From a bacterium (GTDB taxonomy: Bacteria; UBA8248): a stretch of 64,000 nt of DNA. Under the pieces are notes generated by a model. That model was not told the origin of the DNA, made no database searches, and saw only the letters and a list, made by a program, of their open reading frames with translations. Within the stretch, counting starts at the first letter, position 1; each line of letters opens with the position of its first letter. Positions 48,138 through 61,606 of the stretch are shown piece after piece. Location of the stretch: NCBI GenBank assembly GCA_965203325.1, contig OZ241875.1, positions 1,024,001 to 1,088,000 of the forward strand. Reading direction: 5' to 3'. Both the position numbers and the translations under genes were made by a program.

Positions 48138-50582
48138 CTATAGGTCCTGGACACTGAGCACTTCCGTGTCTTCTTTCAGTTCGAATACCAATTCATCCCC
48201 AGCCAGCTTCGCCAGGATCGTTCCCCCGTCCTGGAATTTACCGTGCAAAACTTCTTCGCTGAGGGTGTCTTCGATGTGTTTTTGGATGACGCGGCGCAGA
48301 GGCCTCGCCCCATAGGCCGGTTCGAACCCCTGTCTGGCAATCCAGTCTTTGGCATCGTCGCTCAGTTCAATCGTCATTTCCTTTTCACTCAGCGTCTCAT
48401 TGACCTTGTCGATTTCGATATCCACGATTTTCAGGATGTCCTCGTGGGTCAACGGCCGGAAGATGATGACGTCGTCAATCCGGTTCAGAAACTCAGGATT
48501 GAAGGTGCGCTTCAGTTCATCGCGAATGCTGTCCTTCATCTTGTCGAAGCCGAGGCCCGTGTCCACCTTCTGGAAGCCGAGGGACGTCCCTTTCTCGATG
48601 GATCGGGCCGCCAGATTCGAAGTCATGATGATGACGGTATTCTTGAAGTCGATGTTGCGGCCATAGCTGTCGGTGAGCAAACCATCGTCCATCACCTGGA
48701 GCAAAACGTGGTAGACATCGGGATGCGCCTTCTCGATTTCATCGAGCAGCACGACGGAGTAAGGCTTTCTGCGAACACGCTCGGTGAGTTGTCCCCCCTC
48801 CTCGTAACCGACATACCCCGGAGGCGCTCCGGTGAGGCGGGAGACGTTGAACCTCTCCATGTATTCACTCATGTCGATGCGAATGAGAGCGTTCGGGTCG
48901 CCGAACATGAACTGGGCGAGCATTCTGGCCATCTCGGTCTTGCCCACGCCCGTGGGACCCAGGAACAAGAAGCTGCCGATCGGGCGTTTCGGCCCTTTCA
49001 GGCCGGCACGCGCCCGGCGAACCGCCTTCGTCAGGGCGCGTGTGGCTTCTTCCTGCCCGATGATGTTGCTGTTCAACTCCTCTTCCATCCGGAGAAGACG
49101 CTCGTTCTCTACTTCTCCGATGCGCTGCAGCGGAATCCCGGTCATCCGGCTGACGACGTAAGCCACATCATCTTCGGTGACATACGGCTCCTCATCGGTT
49201 TGCTCCGCTTCCCACTCCGCCTTCAACTCGTCGAGCCTGCTTCTGTCCTGCTCCTCCTGGTCGCGCAACTCGACGGCCTTTTCAAAATCCTGCTTTTCGA
49301 TCATGTCCTTCTTGGTACGAACCGTATCTTCAATCTGGCGCTGAAGATCTCGGATGTTGGTGGGGAACGTTTCTTTCTCGAGGCGAACCTTGCTGCACGC
49401 CTCATCGATGACGTCTATCGCCTTGTCCGGCAGGAAGCGATCCGACACGTACTGGGACGACAGGCGAACGGCGGAGACCAGCGCATCGTCCGTCAACTGC
49501 GCGCGGTGGTGTTTCTCGTATTTGTCCCTGAGGCCCTTCAGTATGCTGACCGTGTCATCCACCGACGGCGGGTCCACCATCACCGTCTGGAAGCGCCGCT
49601 CCAAAGCGCCGTTTTTCTCGATATATTTCCGATATTCATCCAGCGTGGTGGCGCCGATGCACTGAACTTCTCCGCGGCTGAGCGCGGGTTTCAGCATGTT
49701 CGAAGCATCAATGGAGCCTTCCGCCGCACCCGCGCCCACCAGGGTATGCAGTTCATCGATAAAGATAATCACATCCTGGCTTTGCGTGATCTCCTTCATG
49801 ATGGCTTTCAGGCGCGCCTCGAATTGTCCGCGGTATTTCGTCCCTGCGACCAAAGCGCCCAGATCGAGCTGAACCACGCGCTTGTTGTACAAAATCTGGG
49901 GAACTTCCTTCGAGATAATCGATTGAGCCAAGCCCTCGACAATCGCCGTTTTCCCGACGCCGGGCTCGCCGATCAGGACGGGGTTGTTTTTCGTCCGTCG
50001 CGCGAGAATCTGGATGACGCGCTCGATTTCCTGCTCCCGCCCGATGACCGGGTCGAGTTTCCCCTCCTCGGCAAACTCCGTGAGGTCGCGCCCGAATTCA
50101 TCGAGCGCGGGCGTCTTGCTCTTCTCGCGAGAACGCGCAGCCACCGGCTCCCTCAAGAGATTGATGGTCTGCTCCCGCGTCTGCTGGAGCTTGACGCCGA
50201 AACTGGCCAGGATTTTCGCGGCCAATCCGTCTTTTTCGCGGACAATACCCAACAACAGATGCTCGGTGCCGATATAGTTGTGGCCCATCAGACGGGCCTC
50301 TTCGACGGCGTACTCAAGCACTTTCTTCGCTTTCGGGGTGAACGGGATGTCCCCTTCCACGGGGCCGCTCAAACTCTTGGGCAAATTACGTTCAAGCTCC
50401 AGCCGAAGCTGTTTGGGGTCGACACCCAGCTTCTGCAAAACGGCTATGGCGATCCCGCCCCCATCCTTCAGCACGCCAAGCAAGACATGTTCGGTGCCCA
50501 GATATTCGTGTCGATAGTGCTCCGCCTCTTCTCTGGCGAGGATAATGACTTTTCGGGCGCGCTCGGTGAATCGCTTGAACAT
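48138..50582 (-). CDS. clpC: ATP-dependent Clp protease ATP-binding subunit (ClpC type)
   Basis: [12 protein letters not shown]; two Clp-N repeats; GEPGVGKT and [11 protein letters not shown] coil [11 protein letters not shown]. Confidence 0.95.
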   Translation of the reverse strand: MFKRFTERARKVIILAREEAEHYRHEYLGTEHVLLGVLKDGGGIAIAVLQKLGVDPKQLRLELERNLPKSLSGPVEGDIPFTPKAKKVLEYAVEEARLMGHNYIGTEHLLLGIVREKDGLAAKILASFGVKLQQTREQTINLLREPVAARSREKSKTPALDEFGRDLTEFAEEGKLDPVIGREQEIERVIQILARRTKNNPVLIGEPGVGKTAIVEGLAQSIISKEVPQILYNKRVVQLDLGALVAGTKYRGQFEARLKAIMKEITQSQDVIIFIDELHTLVGAGAAEGSIDASNMLKPALSRGEVQCIGATTLDEYRKYIEKNGALERRFQTVMVDPPSVDDTVSILKGLRDKYEKHHRAQLTDDALVSAVRLSSQYVSDRFLPDKAIDVIDEACSKVRLEKETFPTNIRDLQRQIEDTVRTKKDMIEKQDFEKAVELRDQEEQDRSRLDELKAEWEAEQTDEEPYVTEDDVAYVVSRMTGIPLQRIGEVENERLLRMEEELNSNIIGQEEATRALTKAVRRARAGLKGPKRPIGSFLFLGPTGVGKTEMARMLAQFMFGDPNALIRIDMSEYMERFNVSRLTGAPPGYVGYEEGGQLTERVRRKPYSVVLLDEIEKAHPDVYHVLLQVMDDGLLTDSYGRNIDFKNTVIIMTSNLAARSIEKGTSLGFQKVDTGLGFDKMKDSIRDELKRTFNPEFLNRIDDVIIFRPLTHEDILKIVDIEIDKVNETLSEKEMTIELSDDAKDWIARQGFEPAYGARPLRRVIQKHIEDTLSEEVLHGKFQDGGTILAKLAGDELVFELKEDTEVLSVQDL

Positions 50583-50592
50583 ACGGCCCTCC

Positions 50593-51327
50593 TTACTTTT
50601 TTTGAGCTATTTTCCCATCCACCACGGCGATCACACGATCCATCTTCTCCGCCATCGAAGCATTGTGCGTCGCCACCAGAATCGTTTGCCTGCTTCTCTC
50701 GTTAATCTCTCGAAGCAATTCAAATATCGTTCCCGCGGTTGACGAATCCAAATTCCCCGTTGGTTCATCCGCGAGTACCACAGAAGGATTGTTAATTAAC
50801 GCGCGTGCAATAGCAACCCTTTGCTGCTCCCCCCCGGAAAGTTCTCCAGGCCGATGATTCCACCTGTCGGCCAAGCCCATCCGGCTTAACAATTCCTTCG
50901 CCTGCTCCTCCACTTCTTTTTTCCGGGCGCCGCGGAGCAACCCGGGTATCATAACATTTTCCAGCCCGGAAAACTCCGGCAACAGATGATGAAACTGGAA
51001 TACGAAACCCACATACTGATTTCTCAGTCGAGCCAACTCGACCTCGGAGCGCTCATACAGGCTTTTGCCCTCCAGAATCACTTCGCCTTTCGTCGGCCTG
51101 TCGAGCGCTCCCAAAAGGTGGAGCAAGGTGGTTTTCCCCGCTCCGGAGACTCCCATGACGGCCACCATCTCGCCATGCGCAACTTCGAGATCGACTCCGC
51201 TCAGAGCCATCACTTCGCCGCTGCCCATGGCGTATGATTTTTCTAGTCCCTTTGTGATGATGACCTGCGTCGACACCTCTTCTGGTGCAGCAGATTCGCT
51301 CATCTCCAATGTGCCCGAATCAACCAT
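50593..51327 (-). CDS. lolD: Lipoprotein-releasing ABC ATPase
   Basis: GVSGAGKTT, FVFQFHHLLPEF, LSGGEQQR, ADEPTGNLD. Confidence 0.92.
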   Translation of the reverse strand: MVDSGTLEMSESAAPEEVSTQVIITKGLEKSYAMGSGEVMALSGVDLEVAHGEMVAVMGVSGAGKTTLLHLLGALDRPTKGEVILEGKSLYERSEVELARLRNQYVGFVFQFHHLLPEFSGLENVMIPGLLRGARKKEVEEQAKELLSRMGLADRWNHRPGELSGGEQQRVAIARALINNPSVVLADEPTGNLDSSTAGTIFELLREINERSRQTILVATHNASMAEKMDRVIAVVDGKIAQKK

Positions 51328-52585
51328 AACGGAGATTTTCTACCGGATCGACGCGAGAAGCCCGCCACGCTGGATAAAGTGTCGCCGCCAAACAGATAAT
51401 AAAAGCAACCACTGCCGTAACAGAGACATCAAAAGGCGTCATCTGCACCGGTAATTTCTCTATATGGTAAACGCTGGGAGGCAGTATGTCCAGACCAAAG
51501 ACACGCTCTAAAAAATCCTCCACCACATGGAGATTCCACCCCAGAACGAGGCCGCCACCGGTGCCCAGTACAGCCCCCACCAGACCGATAAAAGCGCCTT
51601 GCACGAAAAATATCCTCAAAATGGCGCCGCTCGTAGCCCCCATCGACTTCAAGATTGCGATTTCGCGCCCCTTCTCCATCACCACCATGACGAGTGAGCC
51701 GATGATGTTGAAGGCGGCCACGACGACGACGAGGAGGAGAAGGATGGTGAGCGTGGTTTTTTCCGTTTTCAGCGCGGAAAACAGGTTGCGGTTCATTTCC
51801 TGCCAAGAGCGGGAAGAATACGTCCCCGAGAGCACGCCCTGAATCTTGCGGGAAATGCGCTCCGCCGAAAAAATGTCCTTCACGCGCAAATGCACCCCCG
51901 TCACGGATTTGCCGAACCCGAAGAATGCCTGGCTCTCTTTCATCGAGACGAACGAGAGTCCGGCATCGTACTGATAAAAGCCGCTGCGGAAGATGCCCAC
52001 TATCTGGAATTTTTTCGTTCGGGGCACCAGACCCATGGGCGTAACCACCCCCACGGGGCTGACCATCGTCACCGTGTCGCCCTCCTTCAGAAAGAGGTTT
52101 TTCGCGAGTTCGGCCCCGATGATGATGCCCGGCTTGCCCGCGCCGGTTTTCCCCAGAATCTTTTTCAGTGCACCGTCCTTCAAGTATTTCCTGATATCCG
52201 TCACGTCGATTTCCCGGTCCGGAACAATCCCGCGCACCACCGCGCCCAGCACACGGTTCTTGAACGAGAACATCGCCTGGCCATACACGAACGGACTCGC
52301 CGCCACCACGCCCTCATGCTTGCGTGCCTTTTCCAGGACGTCCTCCCATTTGCGCATCAATTTAGCGCCCGATCTCGTGATGACGATATGACTCTGCGTG
52401 CCCAGTATCTTGTCGCGGAATTCCCGCTGAAACCCGGTCATCACTCCCACAACGACGATGAGGGTGGCGACGCCCAGCGCGATGCCCAGCACGGATATCC
52501 AGGTCGTGAGCGAGACAAAGGCGAGTTTGCTCCGCGAGCGCAAATGCCTGAAGCCGATGAACAGTTCCGTGGAAAAAGACATCAT
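51320..52585 (-). CDS. lolE: Lipoprotein-releasing permease LolC/E
   Basis: [50 protein letters not shown]. Confidence 0.9.
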   Translation of the reverse strand: MMSFSTELFIGFRHLRSRSKLAFVSLTTWISVLGIALGVATLIVVVGVMTGFQREFRDKILGTQSHIVITRSGAKLMRKWEDVLEKARKHEGVVAASPFVYGQAMFSFKNRVLGAVVRGIVPDREIDVTDIRKYLKDGALKKILGKTGAGKPGIIIGAELAKNLFLKEGDTVTMVSPVGVVTPMGLVPRTKKFQIVGIFRSGFYQYDAGLSFVSMKESQAFFGFGKSVTGVHLRVKDIFSAERISRKIQGVLSGTYSSRSWQEMNRNLFSALKTEKTTLTILLLLVVVVAAFNIIGSLVMVVMEKGREIAILKSMGATSGAILRIFFVQGAFIGLVGAVLGTGGGLVLGWNLHVVEDFLERVFGLDILPPSVYHIEKLPVQMTPFDVSVTAVVAFIICLAATLYPAWRASRVDPVENLRYG

Positions 52586-54153
52586 CCGTCCTGGTGTTTG
52601 CGCAACAGGGGGAAAAGGATGACGTCACGAATCGAATGCGTATTCGTCAGAAGCATTGCGAGCCTGTCGATCCCGATCCCCTCGCCGGCCGTAGGCGGCA
52701 GGCCGTATTCCAGGGCCGTCAGGTAATCCCAGTCTATCTCGTGGGCTTCCTCATCGCCGGCTTCTCTTTTCGCTTCCTGTTGCTCGAAGCGCGCCCGCTG
52801 ATCGTCGGGATCGTTCAACTCCGTATAGGCGTTGGCGATCTCGCGCCCGGCGATGATGAGTTCAAACCGCTCTACGATATCCGGGTCGTCTTCCCTGCTC
52901 TTGGACAGCGGTGAAAGGGCTTTTGGAAAATCATAGACGAAAGTGGGCTGTCTGAGTTTCGGCTCCACCAACTCCTCGAACAGGTACTCCAGGACGTGCG
53001 CGTGGCTCATCTCATCCGGAATGGGATAACCCTTGGGTTCCGCGGTTTTTCTCGCGAAATGGCGGGCTTTTTCCTGATCCTCCAATACGTCGTCCGGTGC
53101 TCCGCCCACCTCGACGATGGAATCGCGCCATTCATACCGCGCCCAGGGCGGCTGAAACGAGATTTCCTCGTCCCCGTATTTCAGCACGTCATCCCCCAAA
53201 ATCTCCCGGGCCAGCGACGCCAGCATCTTTTCCGTCAATTCCATCAGGTCGTTGTAGTCCGCATACGCCATATAGAATTCCAGCATGGTGAATTCGGGGT
53301 TGTGCTGCGTGGATATGCCTTCATTCCTGAAATTGCGGTTGATTTCGTAGACACGATCCATTCCACCGACAACCAGGCGCTTGAGGTAGAGCTCGGGCGC
53401 CACGCGAAGGAACAAGGGCATTTCCAGGGTATTGTGGTAGGTCGTGAACGGTCTCGCCGTCGCCCCGCCGGCGATGGCCTGCATCATCGGGGTCTCGACC
53501 TCGATAAAATTCAGATCATCCAGAAAGCGGCGTATCGACTGAATCATCCGGGTGCGCACCCGGAATACCTCGACCACCTCGGGGTTTGCGATCAAGTCCA
53601 CATACCGCTGCCGGTAGCGGGCCTCCACGCTTCTCAGGCCATGCCACTTTTCAGGCAGGGGCCGCAAACTTTTCGTCAGGAGGCTCATCCGGCGCACCCA
53701 GATGGAGAGTTCGCCCATCCTCGTTCGGAACACCCCGCCCTCCGCGCCGACGATGTCACCGATGTCGAGATCCCTGGCGGATTGAAACGCCTCCTCGCCG
53801 ATCTCATTCATCCGGATGAACAGCTGGATCTGCCCGGTTCCGTCCCGCAGATCGATAAAGGCGACTTTCCCCTGCACCCGCTTGGCGATGATTCTTCCCG
53901 CAACGGAAAAATTCGCCTCTTTCGCCTCATCGAAGCCATCCGCCGGCACTTCATGAAATTCCCCGACGATGACGCCGATTTGGTGCGTCGTCGAAAACCG
54001 GTTCACGAAGGGGTTGGCGCCCGACGCCCGAATCCCTTCGAGCTTTTTTCTCCGCTGCTGGGTCAATATGTTTTCATCGTCCCGCTCATCCGGCGACGAT
54101 GCCGCTTCATCCGCCACTGGGGCGCTCCTCCCATGTCCTCTTTCTGCGTCCAT
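52582..54153 (-). CDS. lysS: Lysine--tRNA ligase (class II)
   Basis: [51 protein letters not shown]. Confidence 0.97.
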   Translation of the reverse strand: MDAERGHGRSAPVADEAASSPDERDDENILTQQRRKKLEGIRASGANPFVNRFSTTHQIGVIVGEFHEVPADGFDEAKEANFSVAGRIIAKRVQGKVAFIDLRDGTGQIQLFIRMNEIGEEAFQSARDLDIGDIVGAEGGVFRTRMGELSIWVRRMSLLTKSLRPLPEKWHGLRSVEARYRQRYVDLIANPEVVEVFRVRTRMIQSIRRFLDDLNFIEVETPMMQAIAGGATARPFTTYHNTLEMPLFLRVAPELYLKRLVVGGMDRVYEINRNFRNEGISTQHNPEFTMLEFYMAYADYNDLMELTEKMLASLAREILGDDVLKYGDEEISFQPPWARYEWRDSIVEVGGAPDDVLEDQEKARHFARKTAEPKGYPIPDEMSHAHVLEYLFEELVEPKLRQPTFVYDFPKALSPLSKSREDDPDIVERFELIIAGREIANAYTELNDPDDQRARFEQQEAKREAGDEEAHEIDWDYLTALEYGLPPTAGEGIGIDRLAMLLTNTHSIRDVILFPLLRKHQDG

Positions 54154-54201
54154 AAAACCGTGATTTCCCCATCCGCCTCAATCCGGCCCGGTCGACGGCG
54201 A

Positions 54202-55324
54202 TTAATCGCGCGCGTTCGCCTTCTCCTGTATCAACGAGAGGAGATAGGCGTCAATGAACGCGTCGATATTCCCGTCCAATACGGCGTTCACGTCCGAGCG
54301 CTCCACGTCCGTTCGATGATCCTTCACCATCCGGTAGGGGTGCAGGGTGTAAGAACGAATCTGGCTCCCGAACCCGATGGTCTTTTTCATGGCGTGCTGC
54401 GCCTCTTTCTCCTCGTCGCGCTTTCTTTTCTCCATCTCGTACAACTGGCCGCGCAGCAGCTTCATGGCCGTCGCGCGATTCTTGTGCTGGCTTCTCTCGT
54501 TCTGGCATGAGACCACGATGCCCGTGGGCATGTGCGTAATCCGCACCGCGGAGTCCGTGGTGTTCACATGCTGCCCGCCGGCGCCCGAACTCCTGAACAC
54601 GTCGACCCGTAAATCGTTCTCATCGATCTCGACTTCCACGTCATCCGACACCTCGGGAACGACGTCCACGGAAGCGAAAGAGGTGTGCCTCTTCGCGCTG
54701 GCGTCGAAAGGTGAAATCCTGATGAGACGATGCACGCCGACTTCCGCCCGAAGATACCCGTAAGCATAATCCCCCTGGATGATCAGGGTAGCGTTCTTGA
54801 TGCCGGCCTCCTCCCCTCCGAGTATGGAAACAAGGCGCGCCTGATACCCCTTCTCCTCCGCCCATCTCGTGTACATGCGCAAGAGCATTTCGGCCCAATC
54901 CTGGCTCTCCACGCCGCCTGCGCCTGCGTTCACGGAGAAAATGGCGTTGGCCCTGTCTTCCTCGGAATCCATGACCAGGTGGAACTCCAGGCGCTCGATC
55001 TCCCGAAAAAGGGAGGAAAGCGTTTTTTCGATATCGCTCAGGAGTTCCGATTCGGACGTTTCTTCCATCTGGAGAAGCTGGAGAAGCTCTTTCTGCTCGT
55101 TGAGTCTCCCGCTGAGGTTCTCCCAGTTGCGGATCGTCTTTTCAAGCGAAGCGCGCTTTCTTAGCGTGTTCTGGGCGGCTTCGGGGTCGTTCCAGAAATC
55201 CTCTTCACCGGCGATTTTATCGAGCCTGGCGCACTCCGCCTCCAGTCGATCGAGGTCAAAGCCGCCCTCGCAGTTCAAGGAGGCGCGCCTCCAGTTGCTC
55301 ACATTTCCTGCATAACTCTTCCAT
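54202..55324 (-). CDS. prfB: Peptide chain release factor 2 with programmed +1 frameshift
   Basis: SPF and GGQ motifs. True start ATG 55324 gives MEELCRKCEQLEARLLELRGRL, then CTT TGA C (55261-55255), and shifts +1 into DLDRLE. Confidence 0.95.
55255..55270 (-). promoter_or_regulatory. prfB +1 frameshift site
   Basis: CGAGGG CGG CTT TGA C: an internal SD-like purine run followed by the canonical CTT-TGA-C slippery stop. Confidence 0.92.
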
Positions 55325-55400
55325 CTACATCTCCCATCTTTCGAATTCGGACTCCATGCCCCTCGGCACGGAGTCCAGCCGGGCGGTTCCAGCTATCATA

Positions 55401-56936
55401 TCACATCCGCGGCCTCCGTCTGGAGCGGAACAACAAAACCGCCGCCGCGGAGAAGAAAACACAGATATAGGCGAACATATCCCCCACCCTGGCGTACAAG
55501 CTGGGACGATCTTTTTTCAGCGATACGGCATCGGCGTGCACCCACTCCTCGAACAGGGGGCTTCGTACCCGAATTGCTCCGGTGGGGTCGATGAGCGCGC
55601 TGATTCCCGTGTTGGCCGATCGGACGATCGGCATCCGGAATTCCACCGCCCGGAACGCCACCATCGAGAGGTGCTGCTCGGAGGCCGCCGTCTCGCCGAA
55701 CCACGCATCGTTCGTGATGTTGACGAGAAACTGCGCATCTTTCATCCGCCGCACCACGCGGGGGAAAATCACCTCGAAACAAATCAGGACGCCGAATTTC
55801 CCCTGCGCGGCGTCGAATATCTCGGGCCGATCCCCGGGCCTGAACGCGCCGATGACCGGCACGAGTTTTTTCACGAAAAACAGTAACTTGCCGAGCGGGA
55901 CATATTCGCCGAAGGGGAGCAGGTGCATCTTGTCGTACCGGCCGGTTTCGGTGCCCTCCGGGCTCAAGAGATAGGCCGAATTCGTCAATTTGGGGCCCTG
56001 TTTCACTTCCCGCTTCCCGATGACGCCGAAGAGCAGGTGGGAATTCGCGTCCTTCGCGATATCGCGGAGATACTTTTGTTCGGATGCGTGTCTTCCGTAG
56101 ACAAGGGGCGCCGCCGCCTCCGGCCAGGCGATGAGGGGGGGAGCGGTCGATTCATCTTTCGGGAAACGCCCTCTCAAATCCTTCGTCAGCCTTCCCATCT
56201 TCTCGAGAATGCTCCTCCGCCACTTGGGAGACCACTTCACGGACTGATCGACGTTGCCTTGTACGATGCCCACCGCGCGCGACTCGCCTCGCGTCTCAAG
56301 CGGCACCTCATGGAGCCGCAGGTATCCATAGCCCCACACGAACGCTGCGGCGAGCGAGACGCTGATGACGAGGGCGAAGGGCGCCTTCCGGGGAAAACGG
56401 AAGAAATGCCAGATCGCCGCGTTCACGAACACGATGAAGAACGACACGCCGTATACGCCCACCAGATCGGCGATTTGGATGACGTGTAAATAGCGGTACT
56501 GGCTGTAGCCCAGCAGCGCCCACGGGAAGCCGGTCATGAAATAGGCGCGCAAAAGCTCCAGGGAGACCCACAGCGGCGCCGCGAGGAGGAAAGTGAGAAC
56601 GGAGCCGCCCGCATGGATGCGCACCATGCAAAATGCGAACAGCGCCGGGTAGAGCGCCAGATAGAGCGCGAGGACGGCGGTGATCAGCCACGCGAGCGAC
56701 GCCGGCAGCCCGCCGTAGGTGGCCATCGAAATCTTGACCCACCAGATGATGACCCCGAAGGAAACCAGACCGCTCACCAGCCCCAGGGTGAACGCTTCGT
56801 GCGGTTTCTTGCCTTCGAGCACCCACAAGAGGGGGACGAGGGCGATCCAGGCCAGCATCTCGAAGCGAAACGGCGGGAACAGGGACGCCACCAAAAGGCC
56901 CGAGAATATGGCATAACCGATGTCCTTCGCTTTCAA
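55401..56936 (-). CDS. lnt: Apolipoprotein N-acyltransferase
   Basis: TGFPWALLGYSQ, VQGNV, WPE, YDKMHLLPFGEYVP, ICFE, NITNDAWFG, RSANTGIS. Confidence 0.95.
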   Translation of the reverse strand: MKAKDIGYAIFSGLLVASLFPPFRFEMLAWIALVPLLWVLEGKKPHEAFTLGLVSGLVSFGVIIWWVKISMATYGGLPASLAWLITAVLALYLALYPALFAFCMVRIHAGGSVLTFLLAAPLWVSLELLRAYFMTGFPWALLGYSQYRYLHVIQIADLVGVYGVSFFIVFVNAAIWHFFRFPRKAPFALVISVSLAAAFVWGYGYLRLHEVPLETRGESRAVGIVQGNVDQSVKWSPKWRRSILEKMGRLTKDLRGRFPKDESTAPPLIAWPEAAAPLVYGRHASEQKYLRDIAKDANSHLLFGVIGKREVKQGPKLTNSAYLLSPEGTETGRYDKMHLLPFGEYVPLGKLLFFVKKLVPVIGAFRPGDRPEIFDAAQGKFGVLICFEVIFPRVVRRMKDAQFLVNITNDAWFGETAASEQHLSMVAFRAVEFRMPIVRSANTGISALIDPTGAIRVRSPLFEEWVHADAVSLKKDRPSLYARVGDMFAYICVFFSAAAVLLFRSRRRPRM

Positions 56937-58842
56937 GATTCGCTCCTCCGGGGAGCGCTCTTCCCGGGTTCTTCGACCAACGCGCCCTCGCCTCCGAGTT
57001 TTTCCCGCAAGGCGGCGACGAGGTTCGGCGTGATGCCCTCCACTTCGAGGAGCTTGAGATCGCTCGCCTCCAGAACGCCCCGCAGGCTCCCGAACGTCCG
57101 CAAGAGCGCGCGCCTGCGCTTGGGGCCGAGACCCGGCACGTCATCGAGGCCGCTCCTGATCCCGGTGCGCCTGCGGCGCGTCCGGTGGAACGTCAGGACG
57201 AAGCGGTGCACCTCGTCGCGGATTTTCTGGAGCATGAGCTTCGGCGCGCTCCCCTCTTTCAATTGAACGGGGTCCGGCTGCCCGGGCAGGAAAACCACGT
57301 CCTGCGCTTCGGGGTTCTCGGAACTTCTGCCCTTCGCGATCGCGCATAGCGCCACGTCCGCAAGCCCGAGTTCCTCCAAGGCCGAGGCGACCGATGAGAG
57401 CTGCCCCTTCCCCCCGTCTATCACCAGAAGGTCGGGCATCTCGCCTCCCTCGTTCACCAGACGCTCCAGGCGCCTGAACACGATCTCGCGCATGGAGGAA
57501 TAATCATCCGGCGATTCCGCCACGCTCCTGATCTTGTAGCGGCGGTAGCCGTCCTTGAGCGGGCGCCCGTCCTGGAACATGACGCTCGCGCCGACGATGT
57601 TGCTGCCCTGCAGATTCGACACGTCGAACGCCTCAATCCGCACCGGCAGTTCTTCGAGTCCCAGCGCCCGGCGGATATCTTCGAGCGTCTGCTGCTCCTT
57701 GCTGAGGAGGGCGTTTTCCTGCTCCTGGGCGTGCGAAGCGTTTTCGCTCGCCATCTCGACCAGCCGGCGCTTGTTTCCCCGGCGGGGATGAAAAACGGAC
57801 ACCTTCTTCCCCCGCTTTCCGGACAACCACTCTCCGATGAGCGAAGCGTCGCCCACGGCGGAGGGCAGGAGCACTTCATCGGGAAAAAACGTCTTGTCCC
57901 CGTAATACTGCTTCACGAACGCGGAGACGACCTCTCCGTCGGGAACGCCTTCGCGGGCGGCCACCTGGAACCCCTGGTCGCCCAGCAGCCTGCCGCCCCT
58001 GATGAAAAACAGGCGGAACGTCGCCTTCTCATCTTCCCTGTGACAGCCGAGCACGTCCTGATCGCCCCCCTTCACCGAAAGCATGGTCTGCCGCTCGGTG
58101 ACGTGCTCGATGCCCTGTATCTGATCCCGCACCTTCGCGGCGGCCTCGTATTGCAAATCTTCGGAGTATTCCTTCATCTGCTTCCTGAGCCTTCGAACCA
58201 GTTCCTGGTTCTTCCCCTTGAGGAAATCAAGCGCGTCGTCGACGCCGCCCCTGTACGCATCTTTGCTTTGAAGATCGTCGCACGGCCCCAGGCACTGGCC
58301 CATCTGGAAATAGATGCACCGCTTCGCCGTCTTGTCCTCAAGCCCGCCCGTACAGGGCCTGATGTGAAACGTCTTCTGCAAGAAGCGGATCGTGCGCCGC
58401 AGGCTGCTCGCCGAGGGGAAGGGCCCCAGGTAGGAATCGCCGTCACCCGCGGGGCGACGGACGATGCTCAGGCGCGGGTAGTCCTCGCCCGTGCTCAGCT
58501 TCATGTAGGGAAAATGCTTGTCGTCGCGCAAAAGCACGTTGTGGCGGGGCTTATGCTTCTTGACATAGTTGCTCTCCAGGATGAGCGCCTCGATTTCATT
58601 GGCCGTCACGATGTGCTCCAGCGTGGATGATTCCTCCACCATCTTCTGAATCCAGGGACCCCGGCCGGTCCTCTTGGCGAAGTAGCTGCGCACCCGGCTT
58701 CTCAGGCGCAAGGCCTTGCCGACGTAGAGCACGTCTCCCGCACGGTTCCTGAAAATGTAAATCCCCGGTTTTTCGGGCAAGGACTTCAGAAACGAGCGGT
58801 CCTCTTCCACGGAAACGGAGCTCGGGGAAAGGGCGGAATCAC

Positions 58843-58846
<4 letters not shown>
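56933..58846 (-). CDS. uvrC: Excinuclease ABC subunit C
   Basis: [48 protein letters not shown], HhH; start set at MSDSAL. Confidence 0.95.
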
Positions 58847-60852
<2,006 letters not shown>

Positions 60853-60939
60853 GAAGGGTCCTCTGCTCCCGAGTCAGGCGCTCGAAAAAACGAGCGATAA
60901 AAGTTTAGCGGATAAAGGAGGGCTGATAAACCTTGCGGG

Positions 60940-61467
60940 TCAGGCGAGAGGCGTGGGTTGAAGATATTTTTCCCATACTTGCTGCACTGCACGGGGAAAC
61001 CGATGATTCAGGTGATGGAATATGAACGATTTCGGTTTTTGGGGCTGTTTTTTCAGTTTCAGTCTGGCCTCGTCCGGCGTGCGGTCCCCTTTTTTCGCAT
61101 TGCATTTCCGGCAACTGCAAACCACGTTCTCCCACGTGGAGCGGCCGCCGCGCGAGCGCGGCAAAACGTGATCCACCGTCAGATACCCGCCTTTCGCCCC
61201 GCAATACTGACAGGTATTCTCGTCGCGGCGCATCACGTTCTTTTTGCTGAACGGAACCTGGCTTCGGCGCGGGACGTATACATACGTTCTCAGCCGTATG
61301 ACGGCGGGCAGGTGAAACTCCATCGCCTCGCTGCGCACGAGCAGGCCGTTCGTTTCCACTGTATCCGCTTTTCCGTTGATCATCATGCGGATCGCACGAC
61401 GAGCGTTGCAGACGTTTATCGGCTCATACGTCTGATTGAGCACCAAAACACGCGATTGTTCGAACAC
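60940..61467 (-). CDS. HNH endonuclease (McrA-like)
   Basis: VLVLNQTYEP, RRDENTCQYCG, LTVDHVLPRSRGG, WENVVCSCRKCNAKKG; probable GTG start at 61467. Confidence 0.9.
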   Translation of the reverse strand: MFEQSRVLVLNQTYEPINVCNARRAIRMMINGKADTVETNGLLVRSEAMEFHLPAVIRLRTYVYVPRRSQVPFSKKNVMRRDENTCQYCGAKGGYLTVDHVLPRSRGGRSTWENVVCSCRKCNAKKGDRTPDEARLKLKKQPQKPKSFIFHHLNHRFPRAVQQVWEKYLQPTPLA

Positions 61468-61606
61468 CCTATGCGCTCCCCTTGAGACAAGTGGGCGACG
61501 GGATACAAACACGATTTGCGCATCCCTTTATGTCGACCCCGCCTGTCCTTGTCAACGAGCGATCGCTTTTTTCGGATATTGCGAAAACGGCAACGCAAAC
61601 TTATAA

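Noticed and set aside
48243..54510. Long plus-strand ORFs opposite clpC, lolE and lysS
   Set aside because: Antisense shadows of conserved housekeeping genes.
60940..61512. HNH gene as a defence or Cas9/IscB-type system
   Set aside because: A small stand-alone McrA-like HNH of a widespread family; no RuvC motifs, array or partner genes.
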